A stretch of 64,000 nucleotides of DNA, taken from Octopus vulgaris. Its lineage: Eukaryota. The number at the start of each line of letters is the position of its first letter. Position 1 is the stretch's first letter. The stretch spans positions 22,196,001 to 22,260,000 of the forward strand of contig OX597822.1 of NCBI GenBank assembly GCA_951406725.2, written 5' to 3'. Shown here piece by piece: positions 26,455 through 39,183 of the stretch. The notes beneath the pieces are model-generated. The model made no database searches. It was not told where the DNA came from and saw only the letters and a list, made by a program, of their open reading frames with translations. The translations under genes and the position numbers were made by a program.

Positions 26455-26835
26455 CTCTTTACTGTTTTACTCTTTTACTTGTTTCAGTCATTTGACTGCG
26501 GCCATGCTGGAGCACCACCTTTAGTCGAGCAAATCGACCCCGGGACTTATTCTTTGTAAGCCCAGTACTTATTCTATCGGTCTCTTTTGCCGAACCGCTA
26601 AGTGACGGGGACAAAACACAGACACACAAACATATACATACACATACATACATACATATATATACATATATACGACAGGCTTCTTTCAGTTTCCATCTAC
26701 CAAATCCACTCACAAGGCATTGGTTGGCCCGAGGCTATAGCAGAAGACACTTGCCCAAGATGCCACGCAGTGGGACTGAACCCAGAACCATGTGGTTGGT
26801 AGGCAAGCTACTTACCACACAGCCACTCCTGTGCC
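26455..26835 (-). mobile_element. SINE family A, young copy with small internal deletion
   Basis: High identity to the reverse complement of 34139-34535 and 57728-58125; CpGs retained. Confidence 0.92.
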
Positions 26836-27911
26836 TAATTTTATTTGAATGTCTATAATACAATGAATGATGTGATTCACAATAACTATTCTGTGCAAAA
26901 TATGGGATGGTCACGGTAGGATTAATTAAGACCTTTGCTGTTGTTATCAAAGCTAACCTGGGGTCAAACAATAATTCTACTGTGCAATACAAGCTAATGT
27001 ACAAGCTTTTCTGGAGTTACTTGCTCTTTATATCACACTATTTTACAAAAAGAAAAACGACATCACATAATTTGATCCTCAGAGACACATTCTATACTAT
27101 TTACATGGTCTTTCAAAAAAAAAAAAAAAAAAACATAATTTCTATACTCTAGCAACATAAAATATCAAAAGATAAACCCATTCATCCAAGACTGCTTGGG
27201 TTAGCTGCTGAATTTAAAGAAATTTATTGTATTTTTAGTGTAAGACTCAATGTTTGGGAGTGTTTATGGTAACGTTTGAGTAAAATATTTGTATGTCTGA
27301 GAGTATGTATGTAGGTGAATTGTATGTATATATGTGTTTGTATGTTTTGTGTGTGTCATTTTCTATAAATATGTTTAATCTTGGGGAAACTTTCTTTATT
27401 TCAATATGTGTGTGTGTTTGTATGTGTTTAATTTTGGGGAAACTTCATTTCCATAAAGTTTATTTTGTATATATATGTATGTATGTCATTCCGCAGGGTG
27501 TCCAATAAACACCCTCCTCACCAAGCAAGCTTGGTGGGGTTGCCGGTTTAGTCGCCCACAACCCGACCATGCAACAGGTTGTACTGGGTTACGTGTTACT
27601 AGTAGCACTAATAGTTCTTTGTCTTTGCAATCACTTTCAGTTGTCAGTACTTATTTGAAACACGTTGAACCTGAAATGCATAAATTTGAGAAGAACCAGC
27701 ATGTGGATGCTCCCCATTTAACAAAAATTTTATCAGATGACATGAATATAAACAAATTTATTGAAACAAATCTGGAAATCAATCACAGGTTAATTATCTA
27801 GAACTTCTAAATATATGATGTTTTGAGTGTGTCCTGTAATTGGTGTATAAATGAAAAGATTTTGGGACTTCCAACTCGTACGTGTAATTGTCCATGAGAG
27901 AAGCAATGTGG

Positions 27912-28016
27912 AATTCAACAACCTTGAGAAACTGTCCTTGAGACTTGTTCATTGACATAGCATAACTTAATTTCATTGGGAACTGGAACTGTTTAAATTC
28001 AAAGGGGCAGTCATAG
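27912..28016 (-). pseudogene. PIF1-like helicase C-terminal fragment (Helitron RepHel remnant)
   Basis: Translation DCPFEFKQFQFPMKLSYAMSMNKSQGQFLKVV matches the Helitron/PIF1 motif 'PFxFKRxQFPxxLAFAMTINKSQGQ'. Confidence 0.8.
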
Positions 28017-28974
28017 TTTAAATTACTATGTATTTGTGAAAAGGGTGGATGTTGTCTCACAAGCAGTTGTACAGGCAAGTGTTAGTAAATGTGGTCGGAT
28101 TGACCTGAAAATTTGTACACCTATGTTGAAAGTTCTGAGGAGTTTGCATGGCAACTTTGAGTTTGCTCAATTCAAAGGCATGGCCTCTTGGGCAAAATTG
28201 CTCATCTTTAAAATGTGGCCCAAGTAGACCCAAATGAAATTGGGTTATAATACTAGTATATATATATATTTACATACACACACACACACATTATACCCTG
28301 TTTCAAATAAACTGAAAGGTTGCCCATCCTTAACGACGTGGCTGTTTAGTATGCTAGAAATAGCAGTTATTAAACATACAAAACAGCCACTATTCTGATC
28401 ACCTAATATGCTGCAAAGGAAAAAAAAGTCTTCTGCAGTATATTAGGAGATGAGATTAGTTGATAGCACCCGAAAACAAAACGAGGGGAAAAAATAACTC
28501 CAAGGTGGTGGGGAAGGCATTTCTGAGTTGCAAGTTGACTGGGGACCTATGAACCACCAAAATTGTTCCCAATTGGGCCCCACACCTCCTAAGGCTGGCC
28601 CTGTTGATCCTATATAAACAGTATTTGAACATTTATATTTTTAAAATGTTGTGGCCTTGTTTGGAGTATATTTCATATTGAATTATTTGATCAGGGTTGA
28701 CGTTGGGCTAAACTACTAAAGGGATAACACCACCACACAGCAATAACACGAAACAATACAACAACACTACCACAAGTCATAACAACACAATGCAGTGGAT
28801 TTCTATCACTTGCCAATGAATACTAAGTTGTTTAGTCAACTGAATTAATCAAAGTGTAAACGGCTGAGTATTCCATAGACACATGTACCTCTAATGTAAT
28901 TCTCAGACAGGATCAACATGATACAGTGTGTGACAAGACTGTAGCTTTTAATTTACAGGTGCAAGGTTCCCTGA

Positions 28975-29170
28975 ATCCAAGGTGCCACATAAAATGCATT
29001 GGTATAGGTGCTGGTGCTTTTTACATGGCACTCTGTAAAGTGGTTGGCATTAAGAAGGGCATCCAGCTGTAGAAACCAAGCCAAAACAGACTATGGGACC
29101 CGTCAAGCCATGCCAGCATGAAAACAGAACATTAAATGTTGATGATGATAATGATGATGATGATGATGAT
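28975..29170 (+). mobile_element. Family C retroposon with (GAT)n tail, partial
   Basis: gtggttggcattaagaagggcatccagctgtagaaa ... catgccagcatg ... ttaaatg(gat)n. Confidence 0.7.
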
Positions 29171-31355
29171 GAATAATTTTGATACACTTCTATACAGATT
29201 CTGTCAACCCAGTTTTAGTCACAAGGCATGGGTTGAACTGAATCTATAGAAAATAAGATTTGCTCAAGATGACACGCAGAAGAATTGAATGCAGGACATT
29301 CTGTTGACAATGTAAGCATCTTAACCATTCAGTAAAACTGTAACTACCAAAACAATGTGCAATACTATGTCACAACACATACCACAACACTATTACACAA
29401 GGTAGCAGTGTTATCATCCAATATAAACTACATTTTCCAAGATGTTGCCTATCTGTATCATCCTTCATAATCTACCTGATTTAGTTAATCAAACAAATGA
29501 GTTCTGAAAATTACATAAGAGGGCACCTGCCTCACATATAACCAAATTAAATTTGTTTTGAGACTTCAGTTTCTGTAAACCCCATATTGCAAAGATACTT
29601 CTAATGCAGATTCTATTACAACAGCTTGTCTCAGAAATCCTTTATCATAAAAGTAGGTCTTGCTTCTACTTTCTTTACCACTGATTTCCAAAACTCTTTC
29701 CTCTTACTAACTAATAAAACTCTTTTTAATCTGTGTATATTGTAGCTAAAACTATCAGTAAATATAATGGTATTTTGAATTCAGAGACAATGTTCAGCAG
29801 TGTTTTATTTCATATGTGTAGTTAGTTATTCATAAAGTACTAGATTGAGCGGTTAATCTTCAGACAACAAGCCAAATCACAAAGGAGTTTTCTGTTCATA
29901 TCTCATAAACAAGCATCCAAATCTTTTTAGCAAATATATCACACAGTGTGTGTGTGTGTATGTGTACATATGTGTGTGTATATATGTGTGTGTGTGCATA
30001 TATATATCTGTGTGTTTTTGAGTGGCCCCAAATAATACAGGTTTTATTCCACAATAATAACCAACTTGCGTTTCATTCCCACTAGACACTGAGTATAGTA
30101 CTTAAAGTGGTTTCCTGGTTGTCTTTGGGTGTATGTATATGTATATATACATACATACACACATACATACATATATATATATATGATGAAAGAGATATAT
30201 GCTCATATGTGCAGATATATACAGTGTATACATACATTGAAATACATCTATGTTTTCTTGCATATCATACTGGAATAATCGCTTATATTAAAATTTATAT
30301 TCGCCTATGAGGAATTATCAGAACTTAACATGAACAGACAGAAGTAGATGGTGTGAACATATATAATTCAATAAAATATTTAGCCTGACTTCTCTGTCGA
30401 ATGTCGAATATGAACAAAACAACTTCTATAATCCATTTCTGTAGTAATTTTTCTTTTTTAGTTGTCATTGGTATATATCCCTATCTTTGTTATTTTTATT
30501 TACTTTTTTTTTTTTGTTACTGTCTTTAGAATATAACTCACTGCTAATCTCACAACCTTTTTTTTTTTTGTATCTTGTATTCTGACTTGTAACCCAATAT
30601 CTTCAAAGATAGCTATTTTGTATTTACATTTGTTGCGTAGTTAAAACCATGCAAGCATGGAAAATGGACATAAAAATGATGACGATTAAAGTGGTGTATT
30701 TGTATTGTTATTTTATTTTTTTGTTTTATTTTTTTTTCTCCCTTTTCTGAAATGTGACTGTGTATGTAATTCAAACTCCATAATTCTTTTTTCTCAAGTG
30801 GGGACAAATATATTTATCGCATAGACCCAAACAAAAATGTTTAATCAATTACAATTATATCTGTAAGAAAATAGAAAAGCAATCATTAGCATCAATGATA
30901 ATTCCTAACAAAGGTAAGGGAGAATACTCTAACATTCAAATAGATAAAAAATTAGAAGCATGCAGTAACGCTCTTACTTCAGAATTGTTACCTCTGGCCT
31001 TCCTAAGGAATTTGTTATAAGATAGATTTATTTGGTCTTTTTTATCATATGATGCTTTAAAAATTTGATATAAGAAATAATCTGCTGGAGTTGAACACCT
31101 GTTGCTCACAATTTTTCCAAGTAATAGTAATTATCTATTAGATAAAGATTAGCGAAATACATGCAGATATTAACTAGGTTACACAAACATCTAAAGAGAA
31201 TAAATGAGCTGAAATGAAAACTCTAGTATGGTGGAGAATTAAGTTGGTATTCATATTACTATAAATAACATAACCTTTAGCAATAGTTCATCCAAGTGAA
31301 GGGACACATTTCATAAATTATTCTACTCTGCCACACCAGAGTAGAATATGCTGCA

Positions 31356-31386
31356 CTGAGGAGGTTTTATAAGACCGAAACATGTC
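31356..31386 (+). ncRNA. Minimal hammerhead ribozyme-like core
   Basis: CUGAGGA - stem II ggtt(ttataa)gacc - GAAA - palindromic stem III ACAUGU - cleavage triplet GUC. Stem I is degenerate. Confidence 0.55.
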
Positions 31387-32119
31387 TATTGTATGACAGT
31401 GTATAGTCTAGTGGCAAAGTTTGTTTGGCTCTTGATCATAAGGCAGTAGGTTCAATTACTGCACTGGTGGTATGTTGTGTCCTTCAGCAAGACACTTCAT
31501 TTCAAATTTCTTCAGTATACTCTGCAGTAATGAGTACCCACTGAGTATTAGTATAGACTTCTCTCCTTCCAGCTGTCACATTTTGGATATTCTGCAGGAC
31601 CAACCATGAAGGAGAGGGACTGAAAGAGTTTTCATTTCAGCTCATATCTATATAGCCACCTAAAACATGTAATAAACGCTTGGTACATGCTACCCAGCCA
31701 TGTTTGCATGCTTTCCCCCCATTGGGTTTAAGGACAAGATTCACTCCAATCTGCATTACTGCTATTGTCCTAAAATTTTGATCAGTTAATGCTAACGAAG
31801 TTAACATTCTTGATTATCATTTACTTCATATGTATTTTAAATACCTCTAAAGGGAGATTTTATTAACTAATTGCTTGGATAATTTCTGTAAATCAAATTT
31901 TCTCAATTCCCTATATTATACATGTATATATTTACACACACACACACTCACATGTATATATACGCAACCAAGCTTTTCAGTCTACATCTACCAGATCCTT
32001 TCACAAGGCTTTGGTTGGCCTGAAGCTATAATAGAAGACACTTGCTAAAGGCGTCACACAGTGGGAATGAAACCCAAACCATGTGGTTTGGAAACAAACT
32101 TCTTACCACACAGCCATGT

Positions 32120-32166
<47 letters not shown>

Positions 32167-32539
32167 CATACACATGTATGTTCCTTAATTTATTTAACAC
32201 CTGTTTGCCATGCTAGTATGGTTTGGAACTTAAGGTAGGATTTTATAGCCAGACGTATTTCTTGTTACCAATCCTTACCTATTTTACAAGGAATTGCCTA
32301 AATCCAAAAGTCTTCAAAAACACTGAATGATGGATTCTTCATGCCAAGTCAACTGGCAGTAGACCAAGGATCAGACCAAGAATGAGATGGTTGGATAATA
32401 TTCCTAGTCTCACTTGGTCATGATTGGGAACCCAGCTGAAAAGTGTAATGATGGTTGCATCTGATAGGACTTTACTCTCATGACCATCCCAAGAATAGAG
32501 GGCAGAGAGGATGAATGGATGGACATGTATGTATGAGTA

Positions 32540-32810
32540 CATCATCATCATCATCGTTTAACGTCCGTTCTCCATGCTAGCATGGGTTGGACGGTTCGAC
32601 CGGGGATCTGGGAAGCCAGAAGGCTGCACCAGGCTCCGGTCTTATCTGGCAAAGTTTCTACAGCTGGATGCCCTTCCTAACGCCAACCACTCCGAGAGTG
32701 TAGTGGGTGCTTTTTACGTGCCACCTGCACTGGTGCCAGGCGAGGCTGGCATCGGCCATGGTCGGATTGGTGCATTTTACGTGCCACCTGCACGGAAGCC
32801 AGTCGAGGGA
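32540..32810 (-). mobile_element. Family C retroposon with (GAT)n tail, young copy
   Basis: Reverse complement of 61750-62114; CpG-rich, with internal short duplication ttttacgtgccacctgcac. Confidence 0.85.
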
Positions 32811-32955
32811 GCACTATTTATATATATAAATATGTTATGTGTATGTATGTGTCTATGTATATGTGAATGTGTGTGTGTGTGTATATATTTATGGATGGAT
32901 ATGTATGTGTGTGTGTGTGTATATATAAATATGCTATGTGTATGTATGTGTGTGG

Positions 32956-32989
<34 letters not shown>

Positions 32990-33106
32990 GTGTGTGTGTG
33001 TATATAGTTATGGATGGATATGTATGTATGTGTGTGTATATTTATGTATGTAAACATGCTATGTGCATGTATATATGTGTGTGTTCATGTATATATACAC
33101 ACACAT

Positions 33107-33289
33107 GCGGTGGGGGGGCTGAAAAGTTCCTGGCTTTGGGTAAAAGAAAATACAGAAGGATAAATTAATTCTGATTTTATTCAATATATTCCCCTCTTAG
33201 ATCCACACACTCACTGCAGTGGTCTTTCAGTTTTTCTAAGCTCTGTAAAAGAACTCGGAAGGTTCGCAATACCCTTTCACACCCCCTCA
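33107..33289 (-). mobile_element. Mariner-derived MITE, copy 3 (one TIR partly deleted)
   Basis: Aligns to 19587-19802; minus strand reads ...HCSECVDLRGEYIE*. Confidence 0.8.
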
Positions 33290-33411
33290 TATATGCATGC
33301 ACATTTGTGTGTATGCGTGTATGTATCAATTTATGTATACACATACACACACATACACACACACACACATATGCACACACACACATACACACACACATAT
33401 ATATATATGTG

Positions 33412-33460
<49 letters not shown>

Positions 33461-34138
33461 GTACACACACACAGGGTCCTATGAATTTTACTTTAAAAAG
33501 TGATGAGAAAATCAGTCATTTTATTAATGAACTAGCAGTAATGCCCATCGTTGGTCGGGTAATTACTTTTACTCTTTCTTGGGGGCCACATTCAAAGTTT
33601 TATATAGAGAGAGTTACTCCTCCTGTATGTGTGTATCAATTTCATACACAAACTTCTGTTTGTTTATTATATGGCAGTAAGAAGTGAGTTGTATGTGTTA
33701 TATATCAATACAGTAATGGCAACTATATAATACACAAGGTTTTGGTTGGCACGGAGCTGTAATGAAAGAGTATTGCCCAACATGTTGCACAGTGGGACTG
33801 AACCCAAGGTGACATGGTTTGAAAGCAAGCTTCTCAACCACACAGCCATGCCTATAAAGGAGAAGTACATTTTAGATGATATACTCCTGGATACAATATG
33901 CTTAATAAAAAAATAGGATGTTTACAGCAAGAAGACCTTTGATTTTAATATTCACTCAAGTATCACAACAACTAACAACACTACACCATACAGGGTGTTC
34001 CAGAATTAACTATCTGTTTCAATGAAATTGAGCAAATTTTTAAAACAACTGACAGAATTTTATGTTTATTACCAAAACAAATAGATTTATAAATCTTACG
34101 TCAAATTTTTATTGAAAATTTTCAACAATTATAGCATT

Positions 34139-34535
34139 CGCAGGAGTGGCTGTGTGGTAAGAAGCTTGCTAACCAACCACATGGTTCCGAGTTCAGTCCC
34201 ACTGCGTGGCATCTTGGGCAAGTGTCTTCTGCTATAGCCCCAGGCCGACCAATGCCATGTGAGTGGATTTGGTAGACGGAAACTGAAAGAAGCATGTCGT
34301 ATATATGTATATACATATATGTATGTGTGTGTGTTTGTGTTTGTCCCCCTAGCATTGCCTGACAGCCGATGCAGGTGTGTTTACGTCCCCGTTACTTAGT
34401 GGTTCGGCAAAAGAGACCGATAGAATAAGTACTGGGCTTACAAAGAATAAGTCCTGGGGTTGATTTGCTCGACTAAAGGTGGTGTTCCAGCATGGCAGCA
34501 GTCAAATGACTGAAACAAGTAAAAGAGTAAAGAGT
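34139..34535 (+). mobile_element. SINE family A, near full length
   Basis: cgcaggagtggctgtgtggtaag head, B box ggttccgagttcagtccc, core, gtaaaagagtaaagag tail. Confidence 0.92.
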
Positions 34536-35458
34536 AAATAGAGTATGTCTGTATCCCTGCATACTTCAAATCTCTCCTTAACATTGTGAAACACACAATG
34601 ACATGACAAACACACAGACAAACACACAGACTATGTTTTATATGTATAGATTACCTTCCCATATGGAAACAAAGACTTTAAAAATGTTTATTTGACCAAA
34701 GTGAACTGGTAATGGTTTGTTGCTTTTTCAAGAGGGAGCAACTATGGCTGTTTTGTTAAAACCCTTACTTTACAACCATATTTGTGTGTGTTCAACCCTA
34801 CTGTATGGCTTCTTGGACCAATGTCTTCTTCTAGAGTCTCAACTTGACCAATTTCTTGTGAGTGGAATTTTTGACAGAATCTTTGACAAAGCCGCTCACA
34901 CACAAGGGTGTGTGTGTATGTAAATATGTTTGTACATATGTATATATGTATATTTGCTTGTTTGTTTGTTATGCAGAGATATAAATATACTTATGTTGAT
35001 GGATGAAAACACCACAGGGAGAGATGAACCTTGAGGTCCTGTTGGAAAATCAATCTAGGAGTCAAATAGAAAGTGACTCTGAGGTAAAACTCAAGGGTTG
35101 TTCAGCTCCTGGCCATCCTAGCTGTGGTCACTTAGAGGGAAATTGTTCTATGTGAAAAGTGAGTGAAGTTCAGCCAATGTTTTACACACAATGATCAATT
35201 TCATGCATAAGAACTCCTTGGAAAATATACTGTGGATCTCTCACATAGTCCTGAGCCAGTATATTCATAGAATATTCTGGTTTGTGTAGCCGGAAGCATG
35301 AATTTGCAAACCTACATAGAATCAACTTGGGGCATAGGTTGCAGTTACATACTATGATGGGAAATATTTGGCAGTGTCTCGAGTGACTGAGTAGTTCTTT
35401 CCAATGATAGAAATACTAACTTGTTAATCTGGAAGGGCTGAGAAAAGATAGTCTAAAC

Positions 35459-35732
35459 CAATGGTTCTCAACTGGATCCATATAACACTTGGGGGTCCAT
35501 ATGACTTTTAGGGGTCCATATAAGATTTTATTGTTAAAATTTACATGTAATAAATTGGTTATACTTCTATTATACACAAAATATTCCATCTATTTTTTTA
35601 TACAATTCCTAATATTATTTCATTATAAAAATACAGAATTTTTTTTTGTACACACTGAATGGCTATCAGGACTCTGCAGAGTAAAACAGGAATCAAAGGG
35701 GTCCATAGGCAAAAAATGGTTGAAAACCACTG
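35459..35732. mobile_element. hAT (Charlie/MER5-like) MITE with perfect 8-bp TSD
   Basis: TIRs caatggttctcaac / gttgaaaaccactg; TSD GTCTAAAC at 35451-35458 and 35733-35740. Confidence 0.9.
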
Positions 35733-37895
35733 GTCTAAACAAAGCTTTCCTGGTAAGACTAAAGAGTCCTCTCTATCTTGTGGTATCATCATTCATTCAC
35801 TGTATCAGAGTGTTGTCTTATCTACTTAAAACAGGAGAAACTATTTGGCATGTCAGCCTCATGGATCAGTGGGAATTTAAAAGAATTCTCACTTCAGGAA
35901 CTGAAGTAATTAATGTAAAATCTCTTTAATTACTGATGTCATCTTTTGATTAAATACCTTAAACATGTGCTTAATAAGCTATAATTTAACGAATTTTTTT
36001 TAAAGTCAAGATGAGATCTGCTGCTATGAGAGCAAGGTTGAATTGCTTCCAAAATGATGCTTTCTAACTGGCTTAGTTAATGCCATCCTTTGTTCTCATA
36101 AAGAACAACTGAGAGAAAAAAATAGCTTTCTAGCTCTTAACATGCTGTTAAATTACTTTTTAAATCATCCAAGTAATAAGGGGTTCTGAATTATTGTTGT
36201 TTCTGTAGGCTAGAAAATATTTTTTGAGAGACTGAAAAATAATGGTAGCACAATTCACTATGAAGTTTTTTATGGTATTCGTGACAAGAGTGTACTCTGC
36301 CTCCTCTTTGTCTGGTAATCTCTCTTTACCCTTTCTCTATGCATAACAAGATGTAATCTTAAGGTCTGTGCCAGACATTTCTTGATTGCTACATTTGATT
36401 CAGCTTGATATTACTACTGTATATCATCACTGCACTGTATTTAACAGCTGCAAAAAGTCAATGTTTATTGGCTTCATATTATTCGTTTACAAACCATTTT
36501 TTCTTTGTTTTTACCCGCCTTCATTTTCTTTCTCTTTGTTTCCCTTTCTCTCTTTTTTATTCTCTTCAATATGTTGATTTTTTTTCTTTGACAGCTTGCA
36601 TTTAAGATAAACAAACCTAATTTCACATGAATAGGATAAAGTTGTATTTTTTTTTTGTTTAATTCTCTCATTTTGTCAGTTGAAAAATTTTCCCAAAATT
36701 ATTTATATTCTTTTTGTAATTATTTTCTTCTATCTTTTATTGATTTACTTATTATTATTATTATTATTTCTACTACTACTACTACTACTACTATTTTTTT
36801 CATTGTCATTAACAGACTGTTGAGTCTAAAATTCCAAAGCTTTCTTAATGAATGTTTGTATCTAAGATGAAATTCTCACTGTACCAACCAACAATGGAAA
36901 CAAAATGACAAAATTAAAAAAAGAAACAATAATAACATCAACAATAACAACAACTTACACTCATTCCGAGACTGGAATTTGTAGACAATACTCCAACCTG
37001 AATGCTATGTAGTGAATGAACCATAAAATATATTTACTCTAATTTCATTTTAGACTGATTGTTAATGAGTGGAAAGCTTAAGTTTGGTTGGATGATTCGT
37101 TGTCTGGGTAACTGGGAGTCAAGAGGAATGCTTGCTTGAGTGACCTGGAAGTCTGAGCAAGTGGCTGACTGGGTAATTGGTTGTCTGAGTGATTGGTTTT
37201 CTGTATGCTAGCCTGTCTGTGTGGTTGGTTTTCTTGGTGATTTGTTTTATGGCTTGGAAGTTATGATAACTATATGTGCCATCAACCATACAGACAATAT
37301 AGAATGATTGGTTCTGCAATATTACTGGGCTTACTATTACTTTAAATTCATGAATTAAAACTTAAATCCATCATCCACTGTGCTATAGCCAATATCATTC
37401 TGCTACAAATAAAGCACCCTATCTTCTTGTATCCACTTTCACTATTATAAATCTATTCCAGAAATTCATATGAACCATTGCTACAATGTTAAGGTGATCA
37501 ACTGCTGGCCACATGTCCATGAATAGAAATCTTACTACAACAACCAGTGTACTACGGCCTTCAGCAAGGCACAAAACTGCTTGTTTCAGCTTGTATGACT
37601 TAAGAGTGGTTCCGTTGCAACTACGTGATTGATATACAGTAGTACCTCAGTTTTCAAACAACTCTGATCGCAAATAAATCATGCTTTATAGATAGATAGA
37701 GATCTCTCATCCACATAATCTACTTTCACCTTGCCCTCAGCCACCACCCTTTTTATCAACCACAGGGTGTGCCATTACAATGATCAATGCTCCCCTATTC
37801 ACTGGATAGATGCCTCTGAAATGAAGAATGCTTATACTATATGTGTGTGAGTATGCATATGTGTGTGTGTGTGTGTGTGTGTGTATAAATATGTA

Positions 37896-39183
37896 TAAGG
37901 TCATTAAGAATGAAATGTATGATTTTCTTATGCACCAAGTTTAACAGTCATTAACTCTAATGTTTTATCCTGACAATTCTTTGTTTTACAACATTGAAGA
38001 GTTACATCATCACTTTTCAAAATACAATTCATAGTGACTGACTATATTGTGAATTTTCTCTTGTAAATCAGTTTTTACGAACCCATGGATAGATCAAAAA
38101 TTTGTGTTGTTTATGAATATGAATTCTGTTGTGGAACCAATGCATCCCAGACAGCTCAAAATGGCAATGGGGTATTTGGTGAAGATGTGGCAAATGAGCG
38201 CACTGTATGTTGATGGTTTGAGAAGTTATGGTCTGGTGACTTTGCACTTGAAAATCAGCCCCATGGTAGACCTGAGACCAAGGTGGATAATGATGAGCTG
38301 GAAACTGTAGTGGAAGTGGATACATCTCAAAATATGCATGAGTTAGCAGCAAGGTTTGATGTTTTGATTCCTCCTGTATTGGACCATCTGAAACAAATAC
38401 AAAGGAGCTGGACAAGTGGGTACCACATGAACTGAAAGAGAATCAAATGACACATCGTCTTGAAACTTGCTGTTCTTTGCTGTCACAACATAAAAGTGAA
38501 CCATTTTTGCATGGTATTGTTGCGAGTGATGAAAAATGGATTCTTTTCAACAATAGCAAGCTTTCTACAGCATGGTGGTTGGATAGAGACGAAGTTGCAA
38601 ATCACAGTCCAAAAAGGAATATTCATGAAAAAAAGCTAATGGTGTCTGTTTGGTGGTCCAGCTCTGGTGTCATCCAATACAGCTTCATGAGCCCTGGTAA
38701 GTCAATTACAGTGAATTACAGTGAATTACATCAACCAAATGGATGAAATGATGAGTGAACATGCAATTAAACAACCAAGATTGGTCAACAGATACAGACC
38801 AATTCTCTTGCAAGACAATGCTCAACTGCATGTTGCACAAAGAAAACTACTCAAGTTACAGGAACTGAACTTGGAAGTACTCTGTCATCCACCATATTCA
38901 CCAGACCTTGCACCAACTAACTATCATGTTTTCCAGGCATTAGACAACTTTTTACAAGGTAAAAGCTTAAAATCTGAGGAAGATGCAAAAACAGCCTTTC
39001 ATGATTTCATCACCTTTTGCTCTCCAGAATTCTTCACTGCCAGCATAAATAAGCTACCAATAAAATGGCAAAATTATGTTGATAATTTTGGTGCATACTT
39101 TGATTAACTGCATTGCTTTTTGTTGAGATTAAGTAAAATAAACTTTCTGTTAAAAATCAGACATTTCATTCTTAAAGACCTGA
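37896..39183 (+). mobile_element. Full-length (1288 bp) mariner transposon, DD34D transposase pseudogene (Hsmar1/SETMAR-like)
   Basis: About 31-bp TIRs taaggtcattaagaatgaaatgtatgatttt / aaaatcagacatttcattcttaaagacctga, TA on both sides. Motifs WVPHEL, IVASDEKW, LLQDNA and HPPYSPDLAPTNY; reading frame 38085-39107 broken by frameshifts. Confidence 0.95.

Noticed and set aside
32574-33687. Long ORFs rich in CV/YI/HT
   Set aside because: Translations of (GT)n, (TA)n and (CA)n microsatellites and SINE sequence; the same applies to most of the ORF track.
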